Below are positions 39,501 to 50,583 of a DNA stretch of 64,000 bases, piece after piece. How positions within the stretch are numbered: the stretch's first letter is position 1; every line of letters begins with the position of its first letter. The notes under the pieces were generated by a model that worked only from the letters and a program-made list of their open reading frames with translations, was not told where the DNA came from and searched no databases. Made by a program: the position numbers and the translations under genes. This DNA is from Azolla caroliniana (taxonomy: Eukaryota > Plantae > Polypodiophyta): the NCBI GenBank assembly GCA_043228905.1, contig JBHGNT010000003.1:7626001-7690000 (forward strand). The letters run 5' to 3'.

Positions 39501-39857
39501 AAGCTCCGAGTGGCGAGGAGAAAGAACAAAGCCAGGTTCGACCGAACGCACCGGCTCCGACCGAAGAAAATCGAAGAAGGTGACTGGGTGCTCGTCTACG
39601 ATAGCAGCCTCGACAACCAGCACCGAGCTACACGGAAGTTCGCACGAAGGTGGTTCGGGCCTTACGTGGTACGGAGCGCCAATGACAACGGGACATACCA
39701 CCTGGCGGAACTCGACGGCACGAGAATGACGATACCGGTTGCAGGGAAACGGATCAAAGCGTTCAAGAAGCGACACGACGACGAGCCAGACCCGGCTCTC
39801 CTGGTCGGCAGTGACGAACGATCCGAAAACGAGGAAGAACCGACGGGCGAGGAATGA
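36501..39857 (+). CDS. Pol (RT, RNase H, integrase); frame open from ~36372
   Basis: RT motifs DLYSGYDQ, LPQGGTNS, FLDD; RNase H ITVDTS and ADMLSR; integrase HHCC (H...GHRG...CESC), D,D-35-E core and WFGPY. No chromodomain. Confidence 0.95.
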   Translation: MVGITGREKTKTEGRLRACGVLGSDEGINGAVEAVSFDDTLGMLGKVVEEDLNEDRTIPVCSEEMYEVIADFGRGLESERTARVSTKYKTVDRKVRPVAAPLPEGSESRIKGVASDPSLRDRACIGHTFTNETLRELKIGGGGFLLPAEEDRFRRMLGRHGKAFAFSPEEIGCVDPTIVEPMVIFTVPHVPWNLKPISVPRAHIPKLMELLKQKVDMGILEPSSAPYSNRWFTVPKKNGSLRFIQDLQPVNRVTIRNAGIGPTIDEFAEAFAGRSIYSVGDLYSGYDQFQLAVESRDITTMRTPLGLVRMCTLPQGGTNSVAHMVNAMNKVLRDCIPNITMPFLDDIPIKGCPVEEKDETIGPDGCRRFVTAHIDDCEKVLQRLEEARLTFSGEKSAFGQSEIMVVGHLCGPYGRKPSPAKVEAISAMKPDCSSVTEVRRFLGACAFYHIWIPHYAHVAEPLYGLLRKGRRFEWLDKHTESVRKLKEALSAAPALRKAVYRKGTPVYITVDTSPTGIGWVVNQEDEDGNRFPIRFGAKVLSERQRGYAQVKRELWGIVSAVKADKDYLIGTEVIIETDCMPILGMISGCATPDLAMLRWIAYIKSLDPVIRHISGKDNAMADMLSRARFDDEGGMVSEDEDVGVDFFETAYVTTDGTSTPALNDFDASKYDGEWLQIGGFLKTMTPDASWTKDEADRIRKKAYRFFLRDSCLWKHPKKKDGVPLRVVAMKEEQEELLTAYHDSPWAGHRGTWATFEKLKGKYWWPGQYQDVHRFVTTCESCQMHSTVRHRDELHPTYPPTIHFKWMVDLVTMPMGVGQMRYLVLAREDLTNQVEGRALPNKTTAAVCRFLVEDVICRYGCVGKIVADRGELDAEEAAELFDRLGVKLSLTTAYNPEANGKVERGHGPIVKALVRACRGRVGNWPRLLPYALWADRTTHSSVTGYMPTELMFGQKPIMPMERTISSWATVDWRDEMSREELLAARIRQLERRPEDVELAAEKLRVARRKNKARFDRTHRLRPKKIEEGDWVLVYDSSLDNQHRATRKFARRWFGPYVVRSANDNGTYHLAELDGTRMTIPVAGKRIKAFKKRHDDEPDPALLVGSDERSENEEEPTGEE

Positions 39858-42800
39858 AGACGGGCCGGTTTTCTCCGTCCCAACTCTCTTGGCGCATACC
39901 GGAGGATGCGCGGTTAGGTGGGGGCGGATGTCGTGAAGAAAACCGTCCATAGGCGGAATCGGCGCACCAAGGCGTGGGAACCGGTTCTTCACGCGCGCAC
40001 GCTCCAAGTAGTACATAGAAGCGAATTAGGAGGATAATCGGCAGGAACGGGCCCTAACTCAAGTGGAGACAAAGACCGCGCGAACAGTCTTTTCGGTCGC
40101 GCGCGCGAACTGTACGAGTCGGCGGCGTAACTACGCGGATGCGTGGAAAAACGGAGCGGATCCCTGTCCAAAAGGGACAGGGAATAAAGCTGACAGGACG
40201 GCCTGCTCGTCGGCCTATATAAGGAGCGGGAAAGAGCTGTTGCAGAGATATCTCGCGCAGAGAGGACGAAGTGCTGCCGGACCGTTTCTGGACGCTTCGC
40301 TCTCTGTTTCCTTCCTTCTTGAGCTCCATAGCTTTCCGTGCAGGGTTCCGAGGAGGCTCGCGCTGTTTTCGAGGAACGCCCGAGTGCTTCCGGCAGCACC
40401 TCCGACCAGCTACAGCCCCTTTGAGCGTCGAAGTGAACAGGCATCGGCATCTGTTCGCCGGCCTGTTCGGTCGTAACCAACCTGTGCCCCGTCGAGGGTT
40501 GTAGTCGTGTTAGCCGTTTTTCTTAATATACACATTTAGCCATTCGCATCTGTCTGTGTCGGTGTCTGTTCGTGTTCTCCGTGCTGAAGGGCCGTGTCCC
40601 TGTGTACCCCGGTCCTGCGTAGCCGGTTCTCTCTCTTTCCCCTCCCTCGCTTGCTCTTTGGTTCGAGACCCCCGCGGTCCCGCCTCGATTCCACACGCAC
40701 TTGCATAATATCCCGACAACGTTTATCGACGATTTCTCCAGGCACACCTGGATTTACCCCATGTGGCAAAAGAGCAAAGTGTTCAAACTTCCAAAAGTTT
40801 AAAAATGAAGTCAAAAAAGCCACAAGTCGGCATGTTCGATGCCTTCAATTGGATGGAGGTAAGGAGTATTTCTCGGACGAGTTTATAGCGTACACCCGAA
40901 AGGAAGGAGTTCTATGGGAATTCTCGTGCCGACACACACCTCAGCAAAACAGAGTAGCTAACCGAAAGAATTGGCACATAGTAGAGGTCATAAGGGCCAT
41001 GATGAATGAGAAGAACCGGCTGAAATCGTACTGGGTAGAAACGGCTCACACAACCATCTATATCATGAACAGATGTACAACCTCTAGGGTACACAATGTA
41101 ACCTCTCATGAGGAGTTCTTCGGAAAGAAACCGGATCTATCACATATCTGGATATTCGGCTCGATCGCATACATGCATATTCCCGACGAGAAGCGACAAA
41201 AGCTCGACCCGAAGTTGGAGAAATGTATCCTCGTAGGGTGCTCACTCGAACAAAAGGGGTACACATGTTACAATCCATCCACCCAAAAAGTTCGGGTGAG
41301 TTGAGACGTCGTTTTCGACGAGTCAGCATCCTGGTATGAATTAGAGACAACTCCAATTCCAACAACAATCAACCCGGATTTGGTCGATCGAGAGATAGAA
41401 GACGAAGATCAACTTAGACACATGTTCGAAGAAAGTCCGATTACGACAAGGCTGAGTGGACCACAAGAGTCGTCGAGTGATCAAAGCACATATCGGCTGA
41501 GTCTGAAGCTTGACAAAGGGAAGGCCAAAATGCAAGAATACGAAGATCCGACAACGAGTCAACTCACTCCCTTGACAAGGAATTCAAAGACCTTGACATC
41601 CTAATCATCCGGACGAATGGAACAAAGAAAGCCTTAGTCTCTGCAAACGCGAAGCTCCATCACTCCATCCGAGAGAAAAACCCGGTTAGCCGATTCGGCT
41701 ACGATGAGTATATGGCATATCATTATGCCTTTATGATGAAGGTGGTGACCGTTTGAGAACCGGAAATCTTTTTCGAGGCAGCCAAGAAGCCATGATGGAT
41801 CGAAGCCATGAAAAACGAAATGTAGGCTCTATGCAAAAACGAGACATGGGATCTCGTCCCCCCTTCTCCACATAAGAAAGCAATCGGTTGCAGGTGGATA
41901 TATAAAGTAAAATATAATGTTGACGACTCAGTAAATCGCTTCAAGGCCAAACTCGTAGCGAAGGGATATGCCCAAATATACAGAGTCGATTACAAGGAGA
42001 CCTTTGCCCCAGAGGCAAAGATGACGATTGTTTGGACAATCATAGCTCTCCTAGCTACAAAAGGGTGGCACCTCCACCAGATGGGTGTAAAGAACACCTT
42101 CCTACGGGGCGAATTAGTAGAGGTCTTCATGATTCAACCACCATTTTTCGAATCGAGCAAACACCCGAAATCAGTCAGTTGACTCAAGAAGCCGCTATAT
42201 GGACTCAAGCAAGCACCGCGTGCTTGGCATTTGAAGATCACCCAATATCTTCACTAAATCGGCTTCCGAATGTCGAAATCGGACAACTCCCGATACATTT
42301 GAAACAAGTCAAACAACCCGATTGTCATCATCCTTTCCGTGGATGATCTAGTCATCGAAGGAAAGGATCTCGCCAACATTAATACGGTGAAAACACTCCT
42401 ATCTGGTCGATTCGAAATGAAAGACATGAATGAGCTCCGTTACTTCCTCGGTATCGAAGTGATTTGGACACCAGTCGGGATACTGATCTCTCAATGACAC
42501 TACATTCTCAACTTACTCTACAAGTTCAGGATTATTGAGTGCAAACCTGTGTCAACCTCTCTCGATCGGAACCTCAAACTCGATGCCAATTCGGGAATAG
42601 AAGATTGCAAGCCGACTCAATATCGTCAACTGATCGGTAGCTTAATCTATCTAACCATTGCATGACCCAACCATAGCTACTCGGTCAGCCTACTTAGCCA
42701 ATTCAGACAGAATCCTCGAAATGTTCATCTCAATTGCGCTAAAAGGATACTTAGGTACGTACGTGGGACGATGGATTTAAGCATCATCTAGAAGTCGAAT

Positions 42801-44419
42801 ACGATCATTCGGCTTGAAGGGTACACAGGTGTAGATTGGGCCAGTTACAAAGCTGACAAATGATCCACGTCAGGATTAGTCTTCTCCCTCGGTAGTGGAG
42901 CGATCTCCTAGAGCAGCAAAAAGCAGTCGACAATTGCACTATTGAGCATAGAGGCCGAATATAGGGGTGTGGCAATCGCCGCATGCAAGGTCTTCTGGCT
43001 GAAGCGCATATTGAAGGATCAAGGTGTTCCCATCAAGGATCTGATTCTCCTATACTATGATAACATGAGCAGTATCTACCTGGCTCGGAACCCCGTGTTC
43101 CACACGCGGACCAAGCATATTGAAGTGCACTATCACTTCATTTGAGAGCTTGTTCACGTTGGAGATGTTGATTTATAACACATCAACACGAATCTTCAGG
43201 TGGCTGGCATTTTCACAAAAGCCGTAGGAGTCAACAAGCTCGAACAATTTACATCAGACCTTGGCCTCACAATATCTGCATTGCCGAGCTTGAGGGGGAG
43301 TACTGAATAATAGCCGATCAGTCGATTGAAGCCGACCAGAGGAGTCGAAGTATGATGATGACAGTTGAACAGAACAAGGAGCACAAAGCAATCGAGAGTT
43401 GAACAACCGAACAACCGAATCGAAGTATTCCGAATCGAACCAATTTTTCGGCATCTGGAAGTTGTATTCGAAGGGGCGTGTTGAAAATCGAACTCAACTT
43501 TTTATAGAGATGGTGTTCACACTAACCAACGAACATCATATTAGGCTAGTTTTGTAATTAGTAGAAAGGGCACTTGCCCTAGACTAGTTGGTATTTAAAC
43601 TCTTTGTAACTTAGTTACTGTTGGATGTATTCTTTTTTTTTACCAATATAGCTTCTTGTTCAAAGCTCTCTCTCTCTCTCTCTCTCTCTCTTATCCTATG
43701 AGTGCACACAGAGTTCACCTCCGCCGCTGCACAACATCACCTACGCCACTCATTCCTTACAACCGGTTTGGTTTGGACAAGGCCAAACTGATTAAGCTGA
43801 AACTGATCCGTTGTCGTTTCCTACTCATTGCCTTGATTTTTGTCTTACCATGAAGCTAGAAAAAACCCAAGCAACACAAATTTTTTAAGACCTGTTTTTA
43901 CCTCAATGAGATGACTGTTTAAAGCCTTGATAATATCCAACCCACACTTTTGTATGTATCTAATGTATATGGACCATTTGTCCGTTATGCATGTCGTTAG
44001 AGGATTCGGAATGTCACTGATTATGATAATGTTTAAAATAATGCAAGCCATGGGAACCACATAAAATTGCCAGACATGGTATGTACTATGGAGGCAATAC
44101 CAATGGTATCTTGGATATGTAAACTTCAATAGAATGTAAATGAGGACTATGTAGACATTTATTCCTGCAGTTGAAACTTGGTTCATCTAAATAGTGAGTG
44201 CAGAAAGCCGACACTGAATTGTTGATATGAAAAGATGGATTGATGCTTTCATCATTGGTCATGCAATATTTCATTCCCATATCTTGCATTAGATCTAGGT
44301 AGAAGATAGTGCCTTGGGGCACACACACACACATATACATCCATACATACATACCCATACATACAACATACATACATACATACATACAACCACAGCTAGA
44401 AAGATACATGGTGATGTTC

Positions 44420-45450
44420 TTCAAGAGGAGCATTTCAAGAAGGATGTGTATGTAAAAAAATAGGCTTGTTATGATGTATGCAAAATGTGGTCGTCTCAGA
44501 GAAGTACAGACATTGTTTGATGAGATATTGGATGGGAATCTCTGGGCTTGGAATGCCTTGATTCCCATGTATTCACAAATGGGTCTCCATTATGAAGCAA
44601 TATAGTACTTTAAGAAGATCCAAGAAGAGGGTATTTTACACAAACCCAATCTCTTTTAATGTGTGACATGAAAGCTTGTGCAGGCCTAGGATGGTGTTTG
44701 CATGAATGAAGAATACATGCAGCGGCCATGAGCTTACAGCCAGGATTTTTGGACAACGATGTCCAACTCGAGATTGTGTTGGTGGACATGTATCCCGAGT
44801 GTGAAAGCATCGGGAGAGGAAATCAGTATTCTTTGAAACCTTAATCTCAGGAATGTTGTCATATGGACTGCATTGATCTTGAAAAGCTTGTGGTTTTCTA
44901 GGAGCTCTGGAGATGGTCGAAGAGATACATGGCGAGGTGAGAAAGCGGGTTTCTTAGAGAAGAATCGTGTGCTCAGGAACTGCATTGGTTGATATGTATG
45001 CAAATGTGGGGGGTATTGGGCAAATCACACACAGTTTTTAATGCGCTTCCAGAAAAGGATATTGGTTTCGGGATATGCCATGCCCACATGACCTAGGTGC
45101 GGAGGCTTTTATTCTTGTAGGCAAATGCAAGACTGAGGGCTTCTTCCTGAATGAAATTATTTTTACTTGAATTTTGAAAGTGTGTGGTAGCATAGGATCT
45201 CTGAAGATGCGAGAAGAGATCCATTGCTCTGGTGAGGAAGTAGGGTCTATTGAGAAAGAATTGTGATTCTCGGAGGTGCATTGGTCGACATGTATGCGTA
45301 AATGTAGCATAATGGAAAAAGAAGAAGCCCAAAGAGTGTTCCATTAGCGCCCCCAACACAAAATGTTATATCATGGAATGCACTAACTACTGTCTGGGCA
45401 TTCACAATTGGGTAGGGTGGAAACAGTCTCTAGATTGTTCTGGAAAAATG
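44420..45450 (+). pseudogene. Decayed PLS-type pentatricopeptide-repeat gene
   Basis: Broken repeated motifs MYAKCG, WAWNALI, KACAGLG, NVVIWTALI, GTALVDMYA(K)CG and VISWNAL, with frameshifts and stops. Confidence 0.75.
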
Positions 45451-46629
45451 AAGATCATTTCTGAATCAGGTAACCTTCCTCGATTCGGTCGATTCATGCA
45501 AATCATCCAGATCTTGTTGATGAGGATGCAAATGTTTTTTGGAAAAAGTAAACATCTCAAATCTCGAATCAGTCGATTCATGCAAATCATGCAGATCTTG
45601 TTGATTAGGATGCAAATGTTTTATTGGAAAAAGTAAACATCTGTCAATTGTCTAGCTCCAGAGATGGAACACTTATGCTTGCATGGTATAAATCTTTCTG
45701 GCCAAGCCAGACATTTTCAATGAAGTCATTGGTATTATCAAGGAGATTCCATCTTTGGATTGTCTTCCTTTATGGTTGTCTCTTTTGGGTGGTCTTGAAG
45801 GGTATATGCCCCCTCATGAGTGTATAAACATTGCAGATATAACTATTCTTTCATTAGTTGAGGATCACTTCTAATGCTTGTTAACAAGAATGAGCTAACT
45901 AACTTACTAACTAACTAACTAACTATTCTTTCATTAGTTAAGAATTACTTCTAGTGTTTGTTAAGGATATATGCAAAAGGTATGGGCATCTGACATCTAT
46001 TATTGCAGATTCCTTGGATTCATGGGTTTTAGCCATGGTAGACATGGAGCCCTGGAACAGCGTTTTTTGCGTTTAGAAGAAAAGACACTTATTTGTCATG
46101 TGATACATATTTGGGACTGATCACACCCCATGCTGAGCAAGGTGTGAAGAGAAGCATGTAAACATGGGCATTCTTATCATATATAACATATGCATTCGAT
46201 TTGTAGTTCGACGATTTGTCAAAGAATTGATAAGCTCTACATTTTGGGATTGAAGACATGTGCATATGAATAAGCATGCCCCGCACTAAGTCCATAGCTA
46301 TACCCTTGGAGCTCTCTTGCTTTGGATTTGGCAGTCATATTATCAGACATGCTAGGAGTAGATTGATATAAGAATCAGAAAATGAATATTACTTTCAAGA
46401 TGTGCACATTGGTCACACTAATTCCTCCAATATAGGTGTTACCAATAAGGATTATTGTCACTATGATTGACACAGATTTTTGAACTAATTGACATCACAT
46501 TGGCGAGCATTAGAGGTATATACTAAGCAAGGTTCTCCGAAATTTGGGTTTCAAGTTTGGTTCTATGCTTCTAAAATATTTAGAAGCATCAAACCACTAG
46601 GTTACTCTATGAGCTATCTTCTTCAATAA

Positions 46630-47116
46630 CAATCGGCAACAATTCGGTTCAAGAGTGTCAAACTTAAACTGTTTAAAACCGAACCGTTTAAAGAATTTGA
46701 AACTTAAACTGAACCGAACCAGAAAACCGTTTAAACCGAACTGTTACAAAAAATTCCAACTCAAACCAAAAGGTTTTAGAGGCGTTAAACCGTTAAAACC
46801 ATGGTTTTGCGGTTCAAGTTTGGTTTTCAACTTAGGTCAAAATTCAAAATGTCAGGTTTTAATTTTAAAGATTTTAAATTTTTCAAAATTTAAAGATTCC
46901 TTTTTTAAATATCAAAATTAGGCTTAAAATGTTCAAAAAAATATTTAAGAAAATCCTAAACCACCAAACCGTTTAAACCATTTGTTCTATGGATTCAAAC
47001 TTTTTAAACAAAAAACCATTAAAGGCTCAAACCAAACCGAACAATTTAAACCAGTAAGCCGTTAAGCTATGGTTTTGCAGTCCGATTTGGTTCAAACCAA
47101 ACCGTTGCCAAACATG
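46630..47116. repeat. AAACCG/AAACC-rich element, possibly a decayed hAT-type MITE
   Basis: Dense aaaccg/aaacc motifs at both ends, AT-rich core, weak terminal symmetry (ggcaac...gttgcc). Confidence 0.4.
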
Positions 47117-48465
47117 AAGGTTTGGGTTCAAACTCAAACCGTATAAAAACAGTATACTACTTCATGAAGACAAATTTGATCCCAATAATGGAGTTACAAC
47201 AATGACATCGATGTTTTCCACTACACAAAGATGGGAAACAATTACATTACAGAAAGGGTAGTATGGAAGATGAATCGTAAGATGGTGGAACTGGATAATG
47301 GCCTAGTCATAGATTCCATGTTGCCTTGACAACTACATCATATAATAAAAAGTCGATATATATGTTTTCTTTACTTACAAAATCAGAGGGAAAGCCCATT
47401 TATAATCTAGGATATTTTCCAATTATCAAATGTTTGCAATGCGATGGAACACTTCTTTTGACAATTTTCCGACGTGCTCCCTCCTTCCCCTGTTGTATAT
47501 GAAGGACTTCATATTTTGTCATAGGTTAACAATCATAATGCATCTATGTCTTTCAAAGTAGCCTTGTGTAGCATTGGGAAATTTATCTACTTAAGAATGC
47601 ATACATGATACCAACATAATTGAAGTCTTGAATTTATTTCATTCTCGTGGTGTTCAGTTACATTAACCTCGAGTAGCATCCCGATTTCTAACACTCTTGA
47701 TTTTTCAAAATTGTTAGGAGTAATGTTCCGGAAATTATGTACCGTCATTCATGAAACCTTTGGTCCAACTTGTTTGAGCTCTGCAAGTTTTAGGGGGAAC
47801 AATCTCTCAAATGAACATACATAAAAACACATAGAAACTACTTCTCGTTTTTAGGGATACTATATGCCAGAGAAATAATATCAATAACAGATTTTTTCCT
47901 CAACAAAGTTCAAGTCTTTTATACAATTTCATAGGTCCAAGGTTCAAGATAGGAGAGAAACAAACATTTAAAACATGAAGGTCTAGACAAGGTGGTAGAG
48001 TTCGTGATAAAGTTCCTTCTTGTATGTACTCTCCTCATGGTAAATAGAAATTGTTGTATCATTTTGCTATTACCGAAATCCTTCTACAATTTGCCCATCG
48101 TTTTTTCTGGTTGGCTGAGGATTTTTCAAAGGTTTGCCCATCGTTTTTTTTGTTGTTGATCGCAAAATTCTCATTCTTCAAAGGTTTTACTTTGGCCAGT
48201 CTAGTCTGTGTCCTGACTCCAGGTACCGCAGTGACTAGTGGTCGTAAGACGATATGTCTTCGAGACCATGAAAACATTGTGTATGTGGAGCTAACAAATC
48301 ATTAAAAAGCAAAACAAAAACAAAAACTCAGAAAAAAAAAACCAAAAAAGGGGTGGATTTATTATTATTATTTTCTCACATGGATGTCAATCATTGGCCA
48401 AAACTAAGATCCTTCATTTGACAGCAAGGATTCCCAATCAGGAAACTTTTCTTACGGACAAAAAC

Positions 48466-48487
48466 GGCGACCCCCACGTGGGTCGCC
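48466..48487. promoter_or_regulatory. G-box (CCACGTGG) within an 8-bp inverted repeat upstream of the HSF gene
   Basis: GGCGACCC-CCACGT-GGGTCGCC, ~310 bp 5' of the ATG. Confidence 0.5.
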
Positions 48488-48791
48488 CTTAGCAAACTCA
48501 AAAAACTTTCCCATAAAGGAAACAAAAAAAGGAAAAAAAAGGGAAAACAAAATCTTTCTCCTTTTTACGTCCCATGGTTTTTCTTCTTCTTTTTTCGTTT
48601 TTCTTATTTGAAACCTGTGTGTCTTGGCTCTTTTCTTATCTTTGTATGTGTAAAGAATACCACCCTAGCTCTCATTCTAAAGAGTATATAATCTTTTCTT
48701 GTGTACAAAAGATAACTCTTACAGGTAATACACTCTTGCTCCATATCCCTGATATAGCTAGATTTGGTTTCCTCAATATACAAATATATCT

Positions 48792-49022
48792 ATGGAGGCC
48801 CATTCTTCCTCTTCTTCCTCTTCTTCTTTGCTTCATCCCACTCCTTTTGTGGCCAAAACCTATGAGATGGTCGATGATGCCCTCACAGACTCTATTGTCT
48901 CTTGGAGTGCGTCCATGAATAGCTTCATTGTCTGGGATTTCTACGAGTTCTCGAGCGGCCTCCTCCCTCGATTCTTCAAGCACAACAACTTCTCAAGCTT
49001 CGTTCGACAACTCAATACATAC
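48792..49022 (+). CDS. Heat-shock transcription factor, class A, exon 1
   Basis: DNA-binding domain [14 protein letters not shown]...[16 protein letters not shown], then a GTAAGC donor at the conserved HSF intron position. Confidence 0.95.
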
Positions 49023-49139
49023 GTAAGCGAGCATATATGGGATTGGTGATGTTTTTTACTCATCTAGGAGGTACCATTAGATTATGGAATCCATCTTTCT
49101 TGTAGCAAGTTATTTTATTCGACATTTTATCGTTTCTAG

Positions 49140-50099
49140 GGATTTCGAAAGGTGGACCCAGAACGATGGGAATTTGCCCATGAAGAGTTCGTGAGGGGGG
49201 GCAAACATAGATTGAAGAACATTCATCGGCGTAAGTCATCCTTGACTGGGAGTGTTGGAGGACAGATACAATCTTATAATGGAATGGGATCGGATACAGG
49301 ATATATGAAACAACATAGGCGCGAGAAACAAGTGATGATCCTCGAACTAGGGAGACTTTGTAATGAGCATCGTTTGTTGCAACAAGAAGTAAGGTTAATG
49401 TCTAATCGCCTTAAAGCCATTGAATCTAGACAAGACCAAATGTTGGAGTTTCTTGCTACAACAATGTGCTCTCCCATTCCAATATCTAATTTTGGCTCGA
49501 CAGAGTGTAAAAACTTTGTTGTCACTAATGGTCCCAAGACCAAGTTTCTCAGAGATGATGAGGATCACAATGTTGACCGATCCAATGACAGTGGGAAACG
49601 TCCACGACTCAACAACATGGAGTGTTGGGGAGAGAGCGGTCTATTAACATCGACCAATGGTAACACTTGGATTAACCAAAAACAAGTAGGAGATGATCAT
49701 ACAAATTCTTCTTCAAGGATAGATTCTCACAATGTTGGCCCACAGTTCACAATTGCAAATGCAGACATGACAACGATGTACAATAAAAAGCGATTGCTAC
49801 TTCCTACCAATGATTCGGAGTCTATTTTCAATAGTTCTAGTCTTGGAGGAAGTTCAATGGCATTCGATGGGTCATGTGGAGAAAAGGGCCAGGGTAAAGA
49901 TGAGTCTTCCCTTGAATGTGAGGAGCACGTGAGGATACTCGATGATTTTTCCTTTCTCTCCGCAACGGGGTCCAATGTCTCCATTGCACATGGAGGCAAA
50001 TATGGAGTACAAATGCAAGTACCTGACCTAGACCAAGATGTCGAAGCTAGTGACATGTTTTGGGAACACCTCCTCGAACAACCAAGAACATCCAAGTAA
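49140..50099 (+). CDS. Heat-shock transcription factor, class A, exon 2 (~396 aa in total)
   Basis: Acceptor ttctAG at 49138-49139. GFRKVDPERWEFA, HR-A/B region, NLS-like KKRLL, AHA-like DMFWEHLL. Confidence 0.95.
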   Translation, partial: GFRKVDPERWEFAHEEFVRGGKHRLKNIHRRKSSLTGSVGGQIQSYNGMGSDTGYMKQHRREKQVMILELGRLCNEHRLLQQEVRLMSNRLKAIESRQDQMLEFLATTMCSPIPISNFGSTECKNFVVTNGPKTKFLRDDEDHNVDRSNDSGKRPRLNNMECWGESGLLTSTNGNTWINQKQVGDDHTNSSSRIDSHNVGPQFTIANADMTTMYNKKRLLLPTNDSESIFNSSSLGGSSMAFDGSCGEKGQGKDESSLECEEHVRILDDFSFLSATGSNVSIAHGGKYGVQMQVPDLDQDVEASDMFWEHLLEQPRTSK

Positions 50100-50350
50100 T
50101 TTTGATGCCAAGGGTAATATGGTAATGTCTCTGCAACAAACAAAATGGTGTTTTATGTATTGACATTGTTTGTATGAGAATTAGGAGAGTTATGATGTGT
50201 ATATAGAAGGACGGAGCACTAGTAGGCTATTGTATAAAGCCATTTGATATATGGCTCTTGGGGCAAGTAACTATAAATATATATATTAAGTAGGGTTCTT
50301 CCTTGTGGTACAAAAGCATTTAGGCTAAGGTCACTTCAAGTTGTAGTGAA

Positions 50351-50583
50351 TGTGCACTTCATTCCTTCGTTTAACTTAATTTTGGGGTTTGAATTCAACC
50401 AAAAGAAAAAAAAAACTCTCCCTTCCATTTAAAGGGTTTCTCTTCTTTTTGTCTCTAGAGCAAATATATGTAATGAGTGTGCACTTCATTTCCTCTTTTA
50501 ACTTGATTTTGGGGTTTGAAAAGAAAAAACTCTCCCTTCCAATTAAAGGGTTTCTCTTCTTTTTGTCTCTAGAGCAAATATAT
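50351..50583. repeat. Tandem duplication, ~127 bp x2
   Basis: gtgcacttcatt...ctctagagcaaatatat occurs twice. Confidence 0.8.

Larger units (their letters stand above)
33419..40718 (+). mobile_element. Intact, very young GC-rich Ty3/Gypsy LTR retrotransposon (non-chromovirus)
   Basis: 790-bp LTRs at 33419-34208 and 39929-40718 (only 2 differences seen). TSD ACGT (33415-33418 and 40719-40722). PBS at 34212-34229. PPT at ~39913-39928. Uninterrupted gag-pro and pol ORFs. Confidence 0.97.
26333..43761 (+). mobile_element. Decayed Ty1/Copia LTR retrotransposon hosting two nested LTR elements
   Basis: LTRs at 26333-26618 and 43479-43761. PBS TGGTATCAGAGC at 26619-26630. PPT at ~43470-43478. TSD ATCGG/ACCGG. 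gag at 26724-27315, WFVDSGASNHMT at ~32762, integrase YYVT|FIDDF split at 33418/40723, RT and RNase H at 41780-43270. Confidence 0.93.

Noticed and set aside
27180-40720. Dozens of overlapping short ORFs on both strands in the GC-rich elements and their LTRs
   Set aside because: Expected from high GC and antisense shadows of gag/pol; no recognisable domains.
40594-41304. Apparent LTR-Copia integrase fusion ORF (236 aa)
   Set aside because: Non-ATG start, chance read-through across the insertion junction, and the Copia integrase is frameshifted and truncated.
48574-48918. Upstream ORF overlapping the HSF start
   Set aside because: Low-complexity T-rich sequence; its ATG lies upstream of a plausible TATA box (~48685), so it is probably not transcribed.
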